A stretch of 64,000 bases of DNA, taken from a virus. Both the position numbers and the translations under genes were made by a program. This document shows positions 28,558 through 36,294 of the stretch, one piece after another (the first letter of the stretch is position 1; the number at the start of each line of letters is the position of its first letter). The DNA lies in the IMG/VR virus record IMGVR_UViG_3300024265_000043, positions 19,715 through 83,714 of that record. One strand, given 5' to 3'. The notes beneath the pieces are model-generated. The model was not told the origin of the DNA. It made no database searches and worked only from the letters and a program-made list of their open reading frames with translations.

Positions 28558-29259
28558 CTATTCTTCCATATCTATGAACACTAAATCTTCAATATATTCT
28601 CGTGCTTGAGTAAAAATAGGAATCTCATAATCGGTTGACAAATCCTTCGACGATACGCAGAAACCACGCTTTTCTTTCGTTTGAAGGTCATTCCAATTCA
28701 CGCCATGCTCTTCAAATAGCATATCTTGAATTTGATCGTTTTTCAGTCCTTGCATTTTTTTATGGCTGATTAAAGATTGCCCCAAAGACTGGATGCTGTT
28801 CCTGGTGGCATCCTGTTGTCTCCAAATGAAATAGTTTGCAACTTCTTCTTTTGGCAGGATAAAAGCCCTTGAGTCAAACGTTACTAATCCTGGGATCGAA
28901 AATCCTGTTGATTGTGCGGCGGCATTGAATTGATACGTAGATATGCCAGCACTCACGCTCACGATTTTTTGCAGGGAATTATCAAACCAAGAAGAAGTAT
29001 CTCGTTTCTTGTAATTTATCATCAGAATAGAAATCTCATCGCTCTGCACATAGGCTAGAACGGCATTCTGCATTTCAGATACTAGCCTTCGAGCCGTTTG
29101 CGCCATTAATTCCATCATCCTTGGGTCAAAAGGCTTTTCCATGCCTCTAGTGACTGTATGAAATGCCTTGCCGTCTATGCGAACTATTACTGGAGATCGC
29201 TCAGGCATCTTTATGGAAAATGCCTTCTCATATTTTTTCATTCTATCGCTTAAATTCAT
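28558..29259 (-). CDS. tRNA(His) guanylyltransferase Thg1-like protein (3'-5' polymerase)
   Basis: RMKKYE, VRIDGKAFH, YVQSDEIS, FDSRAF, NYFIWRQQDATRNS, GVNWNDL...KRG. Confidence 0.93.
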   Translation of the reverse strand: MNLSDRMKKYEKAFSIKMPERSPVIVRIDGKAFHTVTRGMEKPFDPRMMELMAQTARRLVSEMQNAVLAYVQSDEISILMINYKKRDTSSWFDNSLQKIVSVSAGISTYQFNAAAQSTGFSIPGLVTFDSRAFILPKEEVANYFIWRQQDATRNSIQSLGQSLISHKKMQGLKNDQIQDMLFEEHGVNWNDLQTKEKRGFCVSSKDLSTDYEIPIFTQAREYIEDLVFIDMEE

Positions 29260-30213
29260 TTAATCCTCCACTGATTTAGCGATTTTATCCAAAACTTTTC
29301 TCTCTTTTTCCTGGCTTTTTACTGCCGCTTTATAAATATCTATATCACAATACTCCAGTATGCTATCTTTTGTGACTTGCGCCAACACTTCTGGCTCTAA
29401 GGCGTCAAGCTCCCATGAGTTTCTTCCATACTCAGCGATGTAACCTTTGCCGCGAGAATCTGATAATTTTGCGGGGTCTGGCGGTGGATTGTACTCCTGA
29501 ATCTGGTGCATATTGAGTGCAACTCGATACACAAGTGGGAATGCCGATTGGCAGAATGTATTCAATCTATCTTGAATATCTCTGGTCATATCAATACCGG
29601 AAGGGTCGTGATCTCCCATGTGAATGATAACTACTTTCTGCCCGTCCACCCGAGTATGATTATCGAATCTTAATGATGCCTTCCACATCTCTGATTGAGA
29701 CATGTACCCGCGACACGATAGATATGGGATATCAAGCGATTCGCAAACAGGCCCTATTATTCCAGTGAGAGCATCTTTCTCTACCCAAACTTCAATTCTC
29801 GTACCTTGATCAGCCCATAGATCATGGTGGAATGCTTTAACGCAATCCTCAAGAATTTCTTTGGGCGAATCCCAATGGGACAATATTTTCTGCCCTCTTG
29901 TTCGATCTTCTATGTGATCCCAATCCAAATTCCCTGCCATACGAGCATCGTTTACAATGGATCCCAGCCATTTATAATTTGGGTCGGCATTTCTCGTGCC
30001 ATTAATATCCCTGACCCATTTCTTTGTGTGCTCAACATAGCGCCATCGTCGGTCATCAGGAAACATCCCGCGAGCGACAAATTGATAATACAATTGCCTT
30101 AACGTTAAAGTATAGCCCTGTTCGGCATAATCATCTAATATCATATTGGCTAGTGAAATTATGTACCACGATGCATCACCAAAGTTTTTTGTGATATATG
30201 GGATTTTGGGCAT
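29260..30213 (-). CDS. Toprim-domain protein (TopoVI-A/Spo11-like)
   Basis: LTLRQLYYQ wHTH, EVWVEKDAL, GDHDPSG, WELDAL. Confidence 0.8.
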   Translation of the reverse strand: MPKIPYITKNFGDASWYIISLANMILDDYAEQGYTLTLRQLYYQFVARGMFPDDRRWRYVEHTKKWVRDINGTRNADPNYKWLGSIVNDARMAGNLDWDHIEDRTRGQKILSHWDSPKEILEDCVKAFHHDLWADQGTRIEVWVEKDALTGIIGPVCESLDIPYLSCRGYMSQSEMWKASLRFDNHTRVDGQKVVIIHMGDHDPSGIDMTRDIQDRLNTFCQSAFPLVYRVALNMHQIQEYNPPPDPAKLSDSRGKGYIAEYGRNSWELDALEPEVLAQVTKDSILEYCDIDIYKAAVKSQEKERKVLDKIAKSVED

Positions 30214-30416
30214 TATTTCTTCTCCCGCTTCTTATCATATTCAATCTGAGCAATGACCCGACGACGATCTCTTGCGTTGAGTTTGCTTTTCTTCTTCATA
30301 ATCAAGTCATATTCCTTTTTAAGGTCAATGCCAGCGAGAGGATCTTTTATGTTTCCGACTCCAACGGTTCGGCTGTATTGCTTGTCCATATCTCGTATTT
30401 TTTGTGGTCTACTCAT
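30213..30416 (-). CDS. Small basic hypothetical protein
   Basis: ORF track; coupled. Confidence 0.55.
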   Translation of the reverse strand: MSRPQKIRDMDKQYSRTVGVGNIKDPLAGIDLKKEYDLIMKKKSKLNARDRRRVIAQIEYDKKREKK

Positions 30417-30420
30417 GATT

Positions 30421-30657
30421 TTACCTCAAAACTATTTTGTTAATGATTAATCCTTGAAGATCAAGCGATTCTATTTCCGTAGCTGCTTCTTCATAGGGCC
30501 CATCAAGATCGTCAAGCAACGGGTGGTCTTCACCAGAATGTATTACTGCGCTCACGTATTCAGGCTCTATGAATTTCGCTTTAATCACTGAGCCACGCCC
30601 TGGATCCGATAACCTTACGGCATAATGGCCGTCTGGTGCTTCCCACAGTTGGATCAT
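30421..30657 (-). CDS. Hypothetical protein
   Basis: ORF track. Confidence 0.5.
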   Translation of the reverse strand: MIQLWEAPDGHYAVRLSDPGRGSVIKAKFIEPEYVSAVIHSGEDHPLLDDLDGPYEEAATEIESLDLQGLIINKIVLR

Positions 30658-30950
30658 CCGTTCAATTCCTTGACGATAACATTGATTAGAGATTCTTCAT
30701 CCTTGATGGCGCATTTAATCTTTGGTAATCCCTCTAGAGTTATCTCTATCTGAACACTCTTACCGCCAATGAATACGACATATTTCTTTATGTAGAATTT
30801 GTCGTTTACTCCCTTGAAGATAGTTTTCGCCGCCAGTTCAATAGTTGTAAAAACTTGGCAGTGATAATTATCCTTGTTGAAGACTTGAAGGATACATTGA
30901 GAATCAGGGCTTTTCATAATGCCTCCAAACGATTTTTCTATGCGCCCCAT
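30654..30950 (-). CDS. Hypothetical protein
   Basis: ORF track. Confidence 0.5.
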   Translation of the reverse strand: MGRIEKSFGGIMKSPDSQCILQVFNKDNYHCQVFTTIELAAKTIFKGVNDKFYIKKYVVFIGGKSVQIEITLEGLPKIKCAIKDEESLINVIVKELNG

Positions 30951-31228
30951 ATGCTATTTGAAACATGACGACTAAGCAAAACAGCGAAATCGCGATGTTT
31001 TCTTGATTCCAAGCAAAGGAAAATATTATCAACTTGTAGATAAGTATGCCTATGAACATGCATGAGATTGTGTAGAGTTTCATGATTTCTCCAATTTATG
31101 TGCTATATGGAATAAGAATGTTAATATTACAAATAGTAGCCCAACCAGTGGGTTTGGCCCCTCTATTTCAACCGCATACCAGATTATAGTGAATACTCCA
31201 GATATATACCAAAATGTTAATATGGTTT

Positions 31229-31645
31229 TCATGGTTTCTCCTTAATCCAGCGGTGAAACGATACTTTGTAAATAGCCCCATCATCATTGCGGCTTACAAT
31301 TCTATGTCCATTCTGTGCATCAGCAACATAACCAGTCCAGCCGTCTTTTTCGGCATCTGATACCGCTTTCTTAGCTACGGCATCTCCATCCTTATAATCG
31401 TGATTCGGGACGAAAATATCCATTGATTTGCGCTCTTGTTCGCATCCAATGTAGTCTAAGCCCATTACTTCTAAAGATGCAGGTCGCATGCCAAGTCCCG
31501 CAATGCATTGGGCGAATTCAGTAAACGATACTGACGCTTCAACAAATCGTATCCCAGATATTTTATCTTCTATTGCAATTTGTATGCATCCTTCTCCTAC
31601 CGTATTGGTAATTCTACTAATTGTGATAAGTCCGTCCAGTTTCAT
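31229..31645 (-). CDS. Hypothetical protein
   Basis: ORF track; AGGAG RBS. Confidence 0.6.
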   Translation of the reverse strand: MKLDGLITISRITNTVGEGCIQIAIEDKISGIRFVEASVSFTEFAQCIAGLGMRPASLEVMGLDYIGCEQERKSMDIFVPNHDYKDGDAVAKKAVSDAEKDGWTGYVADAQNGHRIVSRNDDGAIYKVSFHRWIKEKP

Positions 31646-31670
31646 GATTTCTCCTCGGTTGATGTGTTAA

Positions 31671-32063
31671 TTAATACTTGTGTTGTACTCTAACGGTAAG
31701 AATTGTCCTAGACAACTCATCGTTTTGGAACGGTCTTTCAAACCCAATCGTCTTTGAAACAAAATCAATGCTATGAGAAGGAGGGGCGCATTCAACGGTA
31801 GCAGAGTCTTCGGCAACCAATTCCAATCTGCCATCTAGGTCCCGCAAAAACGCTGAGAAGATTATGCTAGGTTTGTCTGTTCCATAACCTATTCTGATGA
31901 CGTTATTAGTTACCAATATAGAGTAGCCGCCAGGGATAGGGCTTGTCATATATCCCATGTTTGTAACGGCAAACTCTGAATGCTCTACTTCTGGTCCCTG
32001 TTCTGGCTCAAAAGGAGTAGAGCAGCCAACAGCAAATATAATTCCGAGCAGTAAATGTTTCAT
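31671..32063 (-). CDS. Predicted lipoprotein
   Basis: MKHLLLGIIFAVG|C lipobox-type signal peptide. Confidence 0.65.
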   Translation of the reverse strand: MKHLLLGIIFAVGCSTPFEPEQGPEVEHSEFAVTNMGYMTSPIPGGYSILVTNNVIRIGYGTDKPSIIFSAFLRDLDGRLELVAEDSATVECAPPSHSIDFVSKTIGFERPFQNDELSRTILTVRVQHKY

Positions 32064-32065
32064 GG

Positions 32066-32311
32066 TTATCTCCTTCTTTCCTTGAACAAATCGGTTAGCG
32101 GCTCCATAAGTTTTTGCATAAGCCGTTCTTCGGCTCTCTCCATCGCCAAGATAGGCAAATCTTCATTCCCTGATATGATTTCTTCAAATCCCTTGATTCG
32201 CCAATGGAATGTCCCGTTAATTTTGTCGTGACGAACGCTCAATTTGAATGGTCCCGTGCTCGCATCCCATTTATCTTTGAACTGTTTCGCTTCCCAATCT
32301 AGCCGTGTCAT
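32066..32311 (-). CDS. Hypothetical protein
   Basis: ORF track. Confidence 0.55.
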   Translation of the reverse strand: MTRLDWEAKQFKDKWDASTGPFKLSVRHDKINGTFHWRIKGFEEIISGNEDLPILAMERAEERLMQKLMEPLTDLFKERRR

Positions 32312-32562
32312 AGTTTCTCCTCAGGATATCGTGGTTCAAGTACTGCTCGCCTCAGTGTCCTTTCCATAGTCGTCACATTAGCATCAAGAAAATCGTGATC
32401 GCCTCGCAATTTGTTTTGTAAAATGCTGGACGTTTCAATAGCAATGTAAATTAGACTAACACAAATTGTAGTGTAAATGCCTGCTTCTGAATACACCCCA
32501 AATATTAAGAGAACAGTTAAACAAACACGAATTATAGAAGTAATCTTTTTCATTCTATTCAA
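32308..32562 (-). CDS. Small membrane protein
   Basis: Two hydrophobic segments. Confidence 0.5.
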   Translation of the reverse strand: MNRMKKITSIIRVCLTVLLIFGVYSEAGIYTTICVSLIYIAIETSSILQNKLRGDHDFLDANVTTMERTLRRAVLEPRYPEEKL

Positions 32563-32580
32563 TCTCCTTTTTGACTATCC

Positions 32581-32796
32581 TCATTTAAATATAAACCTGC
32601 CCACCACCGATGCGACGACCAAAAACATCACGATAAAGGCTAGTATGGCGGCGTTCTTTTGCTGTCTAGTGTATGAGCTACCCCGATATGCCTCAGCAAG
32701 GAAAGCGGCAGCGCAACCGAGGAGAAAGAGCGCCACTAAAAGTGCCTGAAATGCTCTGGATTGTAGCCAGGTTTGTAATGTTTCAAGATGTTCCAT
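32581..32796 (-). CDS. Small membrane protein
   Basis: Two hydrophobic segments. Confidence 0.55.
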   Translation of the reverse strand: MEHLETLQTWLQSRAFQALLVALFLLGCAAAFLAEAYRGSSYTRQQKNAAILAFIVMFLVVASVVGRFIFK

Positions 32797-32989
32797 TACT
32801 TTCCTCCTTTAAATATTCCATGCGCCAAGTTGGGTGGCACAACAAAATCCTACCACCATCGTCGGGGCGTATTCTCAAATGGGCATTTCTGGCGCTCACA
32901 ATTGTTCCCCCGCGCCCATCGAAAACAACTCTCCCCCCGCGCTTGGCGGGTACGTCGTAAAATTTTCTGATGTACTCCATTCTGTTCAT
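32783..32989 (-). CDS. Hypothetical phage protein
   Basis: EYIRKFYDVPAKRGGRV...HPTWRMEY; GAAAGG RBS. Confidence 0.6.
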   Translation of the reverse strand: MNRMEYIRKFYDVPAKRGGRVVFDGRGGTIVSARNAHLRIRPDDGGRILLCHPTWRMEYLKEESNGTS

Positions 32990-33115
32990 TTCTGCCTTTC
33001 TGTTCAATGTTTTCGCGCCCCCGCTATTCGGTATATCAGCGGATGTTAGGATTCACTATTTCACCTATTGGCGGATCGCCAGTCGTAGGACGGAGGCGCG
33101 ATGTTTAGTTCTGTT

Positions 33116-33451
33116 CTACGAATAATAAAAAGTTCCGCATTTGAAAATCACCTTCAAATCGTATCCTAGAGATTCCAGCAGATCAAGCAAAAAGTCATCA
33201 GCGTAAAGATGCCCGCTTTCGCAATCACTGGAAGCAATTATCATCTCTAATTTTTCTGCTGCCTTTTCTGGTGATATAGGAGCACCGACTTCTGGTTTTA
33301 TAGTGCTGTGCACATCTCTAAGGCTCGTGTAAATCGTTGCACCCTCTCCAGGCTCTGAATTATCAGGCGTTGTTGTGTAGATGCGTTGATAGTTGCGGGT
33401 TGCCGCCCAAAATGTGGTCCCGCGAACTGTGGCTACTCTATGCCATTTCAT
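33116..33451 (-). CDS. Hypothetical protein
   Basis: ORF track. Confidence 0.5.
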   Translation of the reverse strand: MKWHRVATVRGTTFWAATRNYQRIYTTTPDNSEPGEGATIYTSLRDVHSTIKPEVGAPISPEKAAEKLEMIIASSDCESGHLYADDFLLDLLESLGYDLKVIFKCGTFYYS

Positions 33452-33918
33452 AATTTCACTCTTCTTTCTGCCCGTTCAATCATTTCGGCGGCAGTGTCTC
33501 TTAATAAATCATCCATCATTTTACTTTCAATCTCAATCGCTGATGGGTTGCGATGCCTACTCAAAACCGTTGCCATAAAATCTTTAGCGGCCAATATGAA
33601 CGATTTATTCTTGGCGTAAATTTCTGGATTTAGTTGCCTTGCAAGTGATTCTTGGCTGGCGCTCAAATATGCTGTTCCTGTAGCTGGATGCGGCAGGAGC
33701 GCGGGCTTTCTGTGAATTGTGGTAGTATAGCCAATAATATCGCCGCTATCTGCCTTAATGGGAACCTGTTCAATCTTGGCAAATTCCTTATGCGCCATAA
33801 CGATTTTTCGCCACCCCTTCACGCTTAATATGACCATTTCACCCTTTCGAGGTTTCTTAAATGGCACAAAGAAAACATCGTTCTTCACTAGCGCAAGTTC
33901 TTCTTTGGTCAGTTTCAT
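33448..33918 (-). CDS. Truncated Bet/RecT-like paralogue
   Basis: VILSVKGWRKIVMAHKEF...GDIIGYTTTIHRK aligns by eye with IIVPIDGWLSYMNARPEH...GELESCTTTIYRK of Bet. Confidence 0.55.
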   Translation of the reverse strand: MKLTKEELALVKNDVFFVPFKKPRKGEMVILSVKGWRKIVMAHKEFAKIEQVPIKADSGDIIGYTTTIHRKPALLPHPATGTAYLSASQESLARQLNPEIYAKNKSFILAAKDFMATVLSRHRNPSAIEIESKMMDDLLRDTAAEMIERAERRVKL

Positions 33919-33934
33919 AATTCCATCCTGAATA

Positions 33935-34552
33935 TTATCCCCATTGTTCTGCAAAGGCGTTGGCGATTCCAGGCAGTATCAATGCCCGATCTTTCCCGCG
34001 ATTTGGTCCCGGTGACATTTTATGAATGCGTGCCTCTCTGCCATCTACAATATTCGTCGGTTTAAGTAGTGGGAGTCCCTTAACTTGCAATTGAGTCGCC
34101 TTGGTTTCTCCATGTCCGAACATCCACGGTTGAATTATTTGACACAAAAAATCGTCAAGCGTCCCAATTATTTTTTGGCCCCATCCATGCATGATAGGGT
34201 TCTCCATGACGATTTTCTCAATCTCTGCATGAGCAATATCACGGTAAAACACCGCGCCATCTATCAAATCTTTCCATCTCTGGGTGCCTCTTTGCACCTT
34301 TGCGATATCTAAGTATTTAGTGCTCGGATATAACCATCTTACTCCAGAATTCGCCAAGTATGTGCATGGGGGGAATGCAATCATCATGTCCCATCCATCA
34401 TTTATAATATCCATCACATCGCCTTGATAGTGTGGCCCCGGCGATTCAGTTGGTAAAATATCGCAACTTGTCGCGTCGTGCCCCTTCGCAAGGAAAGCAT
34501 TCCGAACACGCCCTGAATACTCACAAGCGATTAGAATTTTCTTGGGGTTCAT
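33935..34552 (-). CDS. Phage DNA (cytosine-5) methyltransferase-like protein
   Basis: ILIACEYSG.VR.AF, AFPPCTYL, MENP, IQPWMFGHGETKAT. Confidence 0.8.
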   Translation of the reverse strand: MNPKKILIACEYSGRVRNAFLAKGHDATSCDILPTESPGPHYQGDVMDIINDGWDMMIAFPPCTYLANSGVRWLYPSTKYLDIAKVQRGTQRWKDLIDGAVFYRDIAHAEIEKIVMENPIMHGWGQKIIGTLDDFLCQIIQPWMFGHGETKATQLQVKGLPLLKPTNIVDGREARIHKMSPGPNRGKDRALILPGIANAFAEQWG

Positions 34553-34971
34553 AGCCCTAGAACCGAATCTAAAGTTTCATTAATTTTATCCATAACCGAT
34601 TCATATTCATTCGTCGTATAGCCTTCTTGTTCAAGCAATGACTTCGCGCTTCTGATTGTTTCTAGCATATCGTTGCCAAAAATCGCAAATCTGATATCTT
34701 GCGCTGGTTCGCTCGCCAAAACTCCCTTTGATTTATGCAATAAATCCTTAAACCATTCTTCATTTTGGATTAATCCCGTCGCCAAAACATCATCGGCTAT
34801 TGCTTCCGCTGTTTTAACCGTGTCCAATATGGACGAGCGCTTGTTATAAAATTCAATTATTGATCTCCCAATATCCTGGCTTTCACTATACAGAGATGCT
34901 ACACGTTGTTCACCCTGCATTATTATCGCCGTTTGAGCTGGCCCGCTACGTTTGATTGTTAAAATATCCAT
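34549..34971 (-). CDS. Hypothetical protein
   Basis: ORF track. Confidence 0.55.
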   Translation of the reverse strand: MDILTIKRSGPAQTAIIMQGEQRVASLYSESQDIGRSIIEFYNKRSSILDTVKTAEAIADDVLATGLIQNEEWFKDLLHKSKGVLASEPAQDIRFAIFGNDMLETIRSAKSLLEQEGYTTNEYESVMDKINETLDSVLGL

Positions 34972-35014
34972 TTTATTTTCCTTTAATTAATTAGCCAAAA
35001 TCCAATCATTTATT

Positions 35015-35242
35015 CTAGTTCAATACCTGCATTCTGTTCAGGATCGCCCCTATATCGGTAACGGATCCACCAAGGCTAAAGTGCCCGCAATCTGCGCATA
35101 GTTCAATCAGGCCCTGTTCTTTAAAATTGCCTAAAGCCTTTTTCGCTTCGTCGAAGCTGCACCCTGTAATATCCTGGGCATATGCAAGAAAGCCTATTTC
35201 TGCGTTGCTGATATTGGTTGCCAGTTCTTTGAATCTGTTCAT
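35015..35242 (-). CDS. Hypothetical protein
   Basis: ORF track. Confidence 0.5.
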   Translation of the reverse strand: MNRFKELATNISNAEIGFLAYAQDITGCSFDEAKKALGNFKEQGLIELCADCGHFSLGGSVTDIGAILNRMQVLN

Positions 35243-35243
35243 G

Positions 35244-35441
35244 CTATGCCTTTGGGTTTCCGAATGGTGAAAAAGGTCCGCCGTTACCGCCTAAAGTATT
35301 ATCAAAGGGCTGGTCATCATATTCTTCTTCTCCGCAATCATAGCATAAATGTGTGTATTCGGGATGGGTGCATTCATCACAAATCTGATCATTACATCCG
35401 CTACAATTAAACCAATCTCCCCTGCATATGTGATTGCCCAT
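35244..35441 (-). CDS. Small Cys-rich (zinc finger-like) protein
   Basis: CSGC...CDEC...CYDC. Confidence 0.5.
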   Translation of the reverse strand: MGNHICRGDWFNCSGCNDQICDECTHPEYTHLCYDCGEEEYDDQPFDNTLGGNGGPFSPFGNPKA

Positions 35442-35543
35442 ATTATCCCTTTGCCAGTATGATGAATAAAGTAACAGCTATCCCGCGAAATACCAAGCAT
35501 TGCCAAGGCATCTTATTAAAATAGGCTCTGATCGGTGAGTAGT

Positions 35544-35882
35544 TCACGATTTATCACCTAAGTTTAATTTAGCCCTTGGGTCGCCTTCTTCCTCGTAAGA
35601 CTGTTTAATAAGTTCTTCACAAGGCACATATTCACCGTTTATCCACTCGCAAATCCCAAAGTAATCACCCGTATAATAAACATGCAATTCTTGACCATTA
35701 AGCCATTTCAAAAGGGGCTTTTCTTTGTCGCTCCCCTGTACATCATAAGAAAGCCGTGCCGCATTGTATGCACTGTGATACATGCCCACAACAGCATTGT
35801 CATATAAAATTACAAATTCATAAAGAGACAGCCACAAAACACTTATATGATCATCAATTTTGTTTACTTGCTGGTAGTTCAT
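35544..35882 (-). CDS. Hypothetical protein
   Basis: GAAAGGCA RBS before ATG 35882, downstream of a T-loop element. Confidence 0.55.
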   Translation of the reverse strand: MNYQQVNKIDDHISVLWLSLYEFVILYDNAVVGMYHSAYNAARLSYDVQGSDKEKPLLKWLNGQELHVYYTGDYFGICEWINGEYVPCEELIKQSYEEEGDPRAKLNLGDKS

Positions 35883-35904
35883 TTCGTGCCTTTCTAAAGT
35901 TAGC

Positions 35905-35944
35905 GCCAGCTCCCGAATCGAACGAGAGCAAGTACCATACTGGC
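35905..35944 (-). ncRNA. Candidate mini tRNA-like element with canonical T-loop
   Basis: GCCAGT-ATGGTACTTGC-TCTCG-TTCGATT-CGGGA-GCTGGC followed by GCTAAC. Confidence 0.6.
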
Positions 35945-36216
35945 TAATGACGGTCGTCGTCGAACTCGTGCATATAAACACGCCCTTTGCCGTCGGTTTC
36001 CAGCCCGTCAATGATAGTCCCGTTATCTACGTTTCGGTACATTTGTCCGGTGGTGTACATTGTAACGACCTTGCGGCTCAAACCCCCAGGATTCCGCGCC
36101 AATAGGCACACCTGAGATTTTTTATTCGCGTAGTCGAGCGAATATTCTATTACCGGAACATCTGGCTTTGCTGGCTCTCTGCCAAGGATTCTGTTAATCA
36201 CGGATGGCTTAGTCAT
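35944..36216 (-). CDS. Hypothetical protein
   Basis: ORF track; AAGGAG RBS. Confidence 0.55.
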   Translation of the reverse strand: MTKPSVINRILGREPAKPDVPVIEYSLDYANKKSQVCLLARNPGGLSRKVVTMYTTGQMYRNVDNGTIIDGLETDGKGRVYMHEFDDDRH

Positions 36217-36239
36217 CTTTTCTCCTTCGGTTAGTTAGC

Positions 36240-36284
36240 GCCGCCGCTGGTAGTCAACCAGGCAATGAGTACACATTCGGCGGC
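36240..36284 (-). ncRNA. Candidate three-way-junction element A
   Basis: GCCGCCG-AATG tgtact CATT-GC-CTGG ttgacta CCAG-CGGCGGC then GCTAAC. Confidence 0.65.
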
Positions 36285-36294
36285 TGGGTAGAAA

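Noticed and set aside
30408-30420. Self-target of the TnpB guide (TCTACTCATGATT vs TCTGCTCATGATT at 63463-63475)
   Set aside because: 12/13 match in AT-rich sequence is compatible with chance; guide boundary and TAM are unknown
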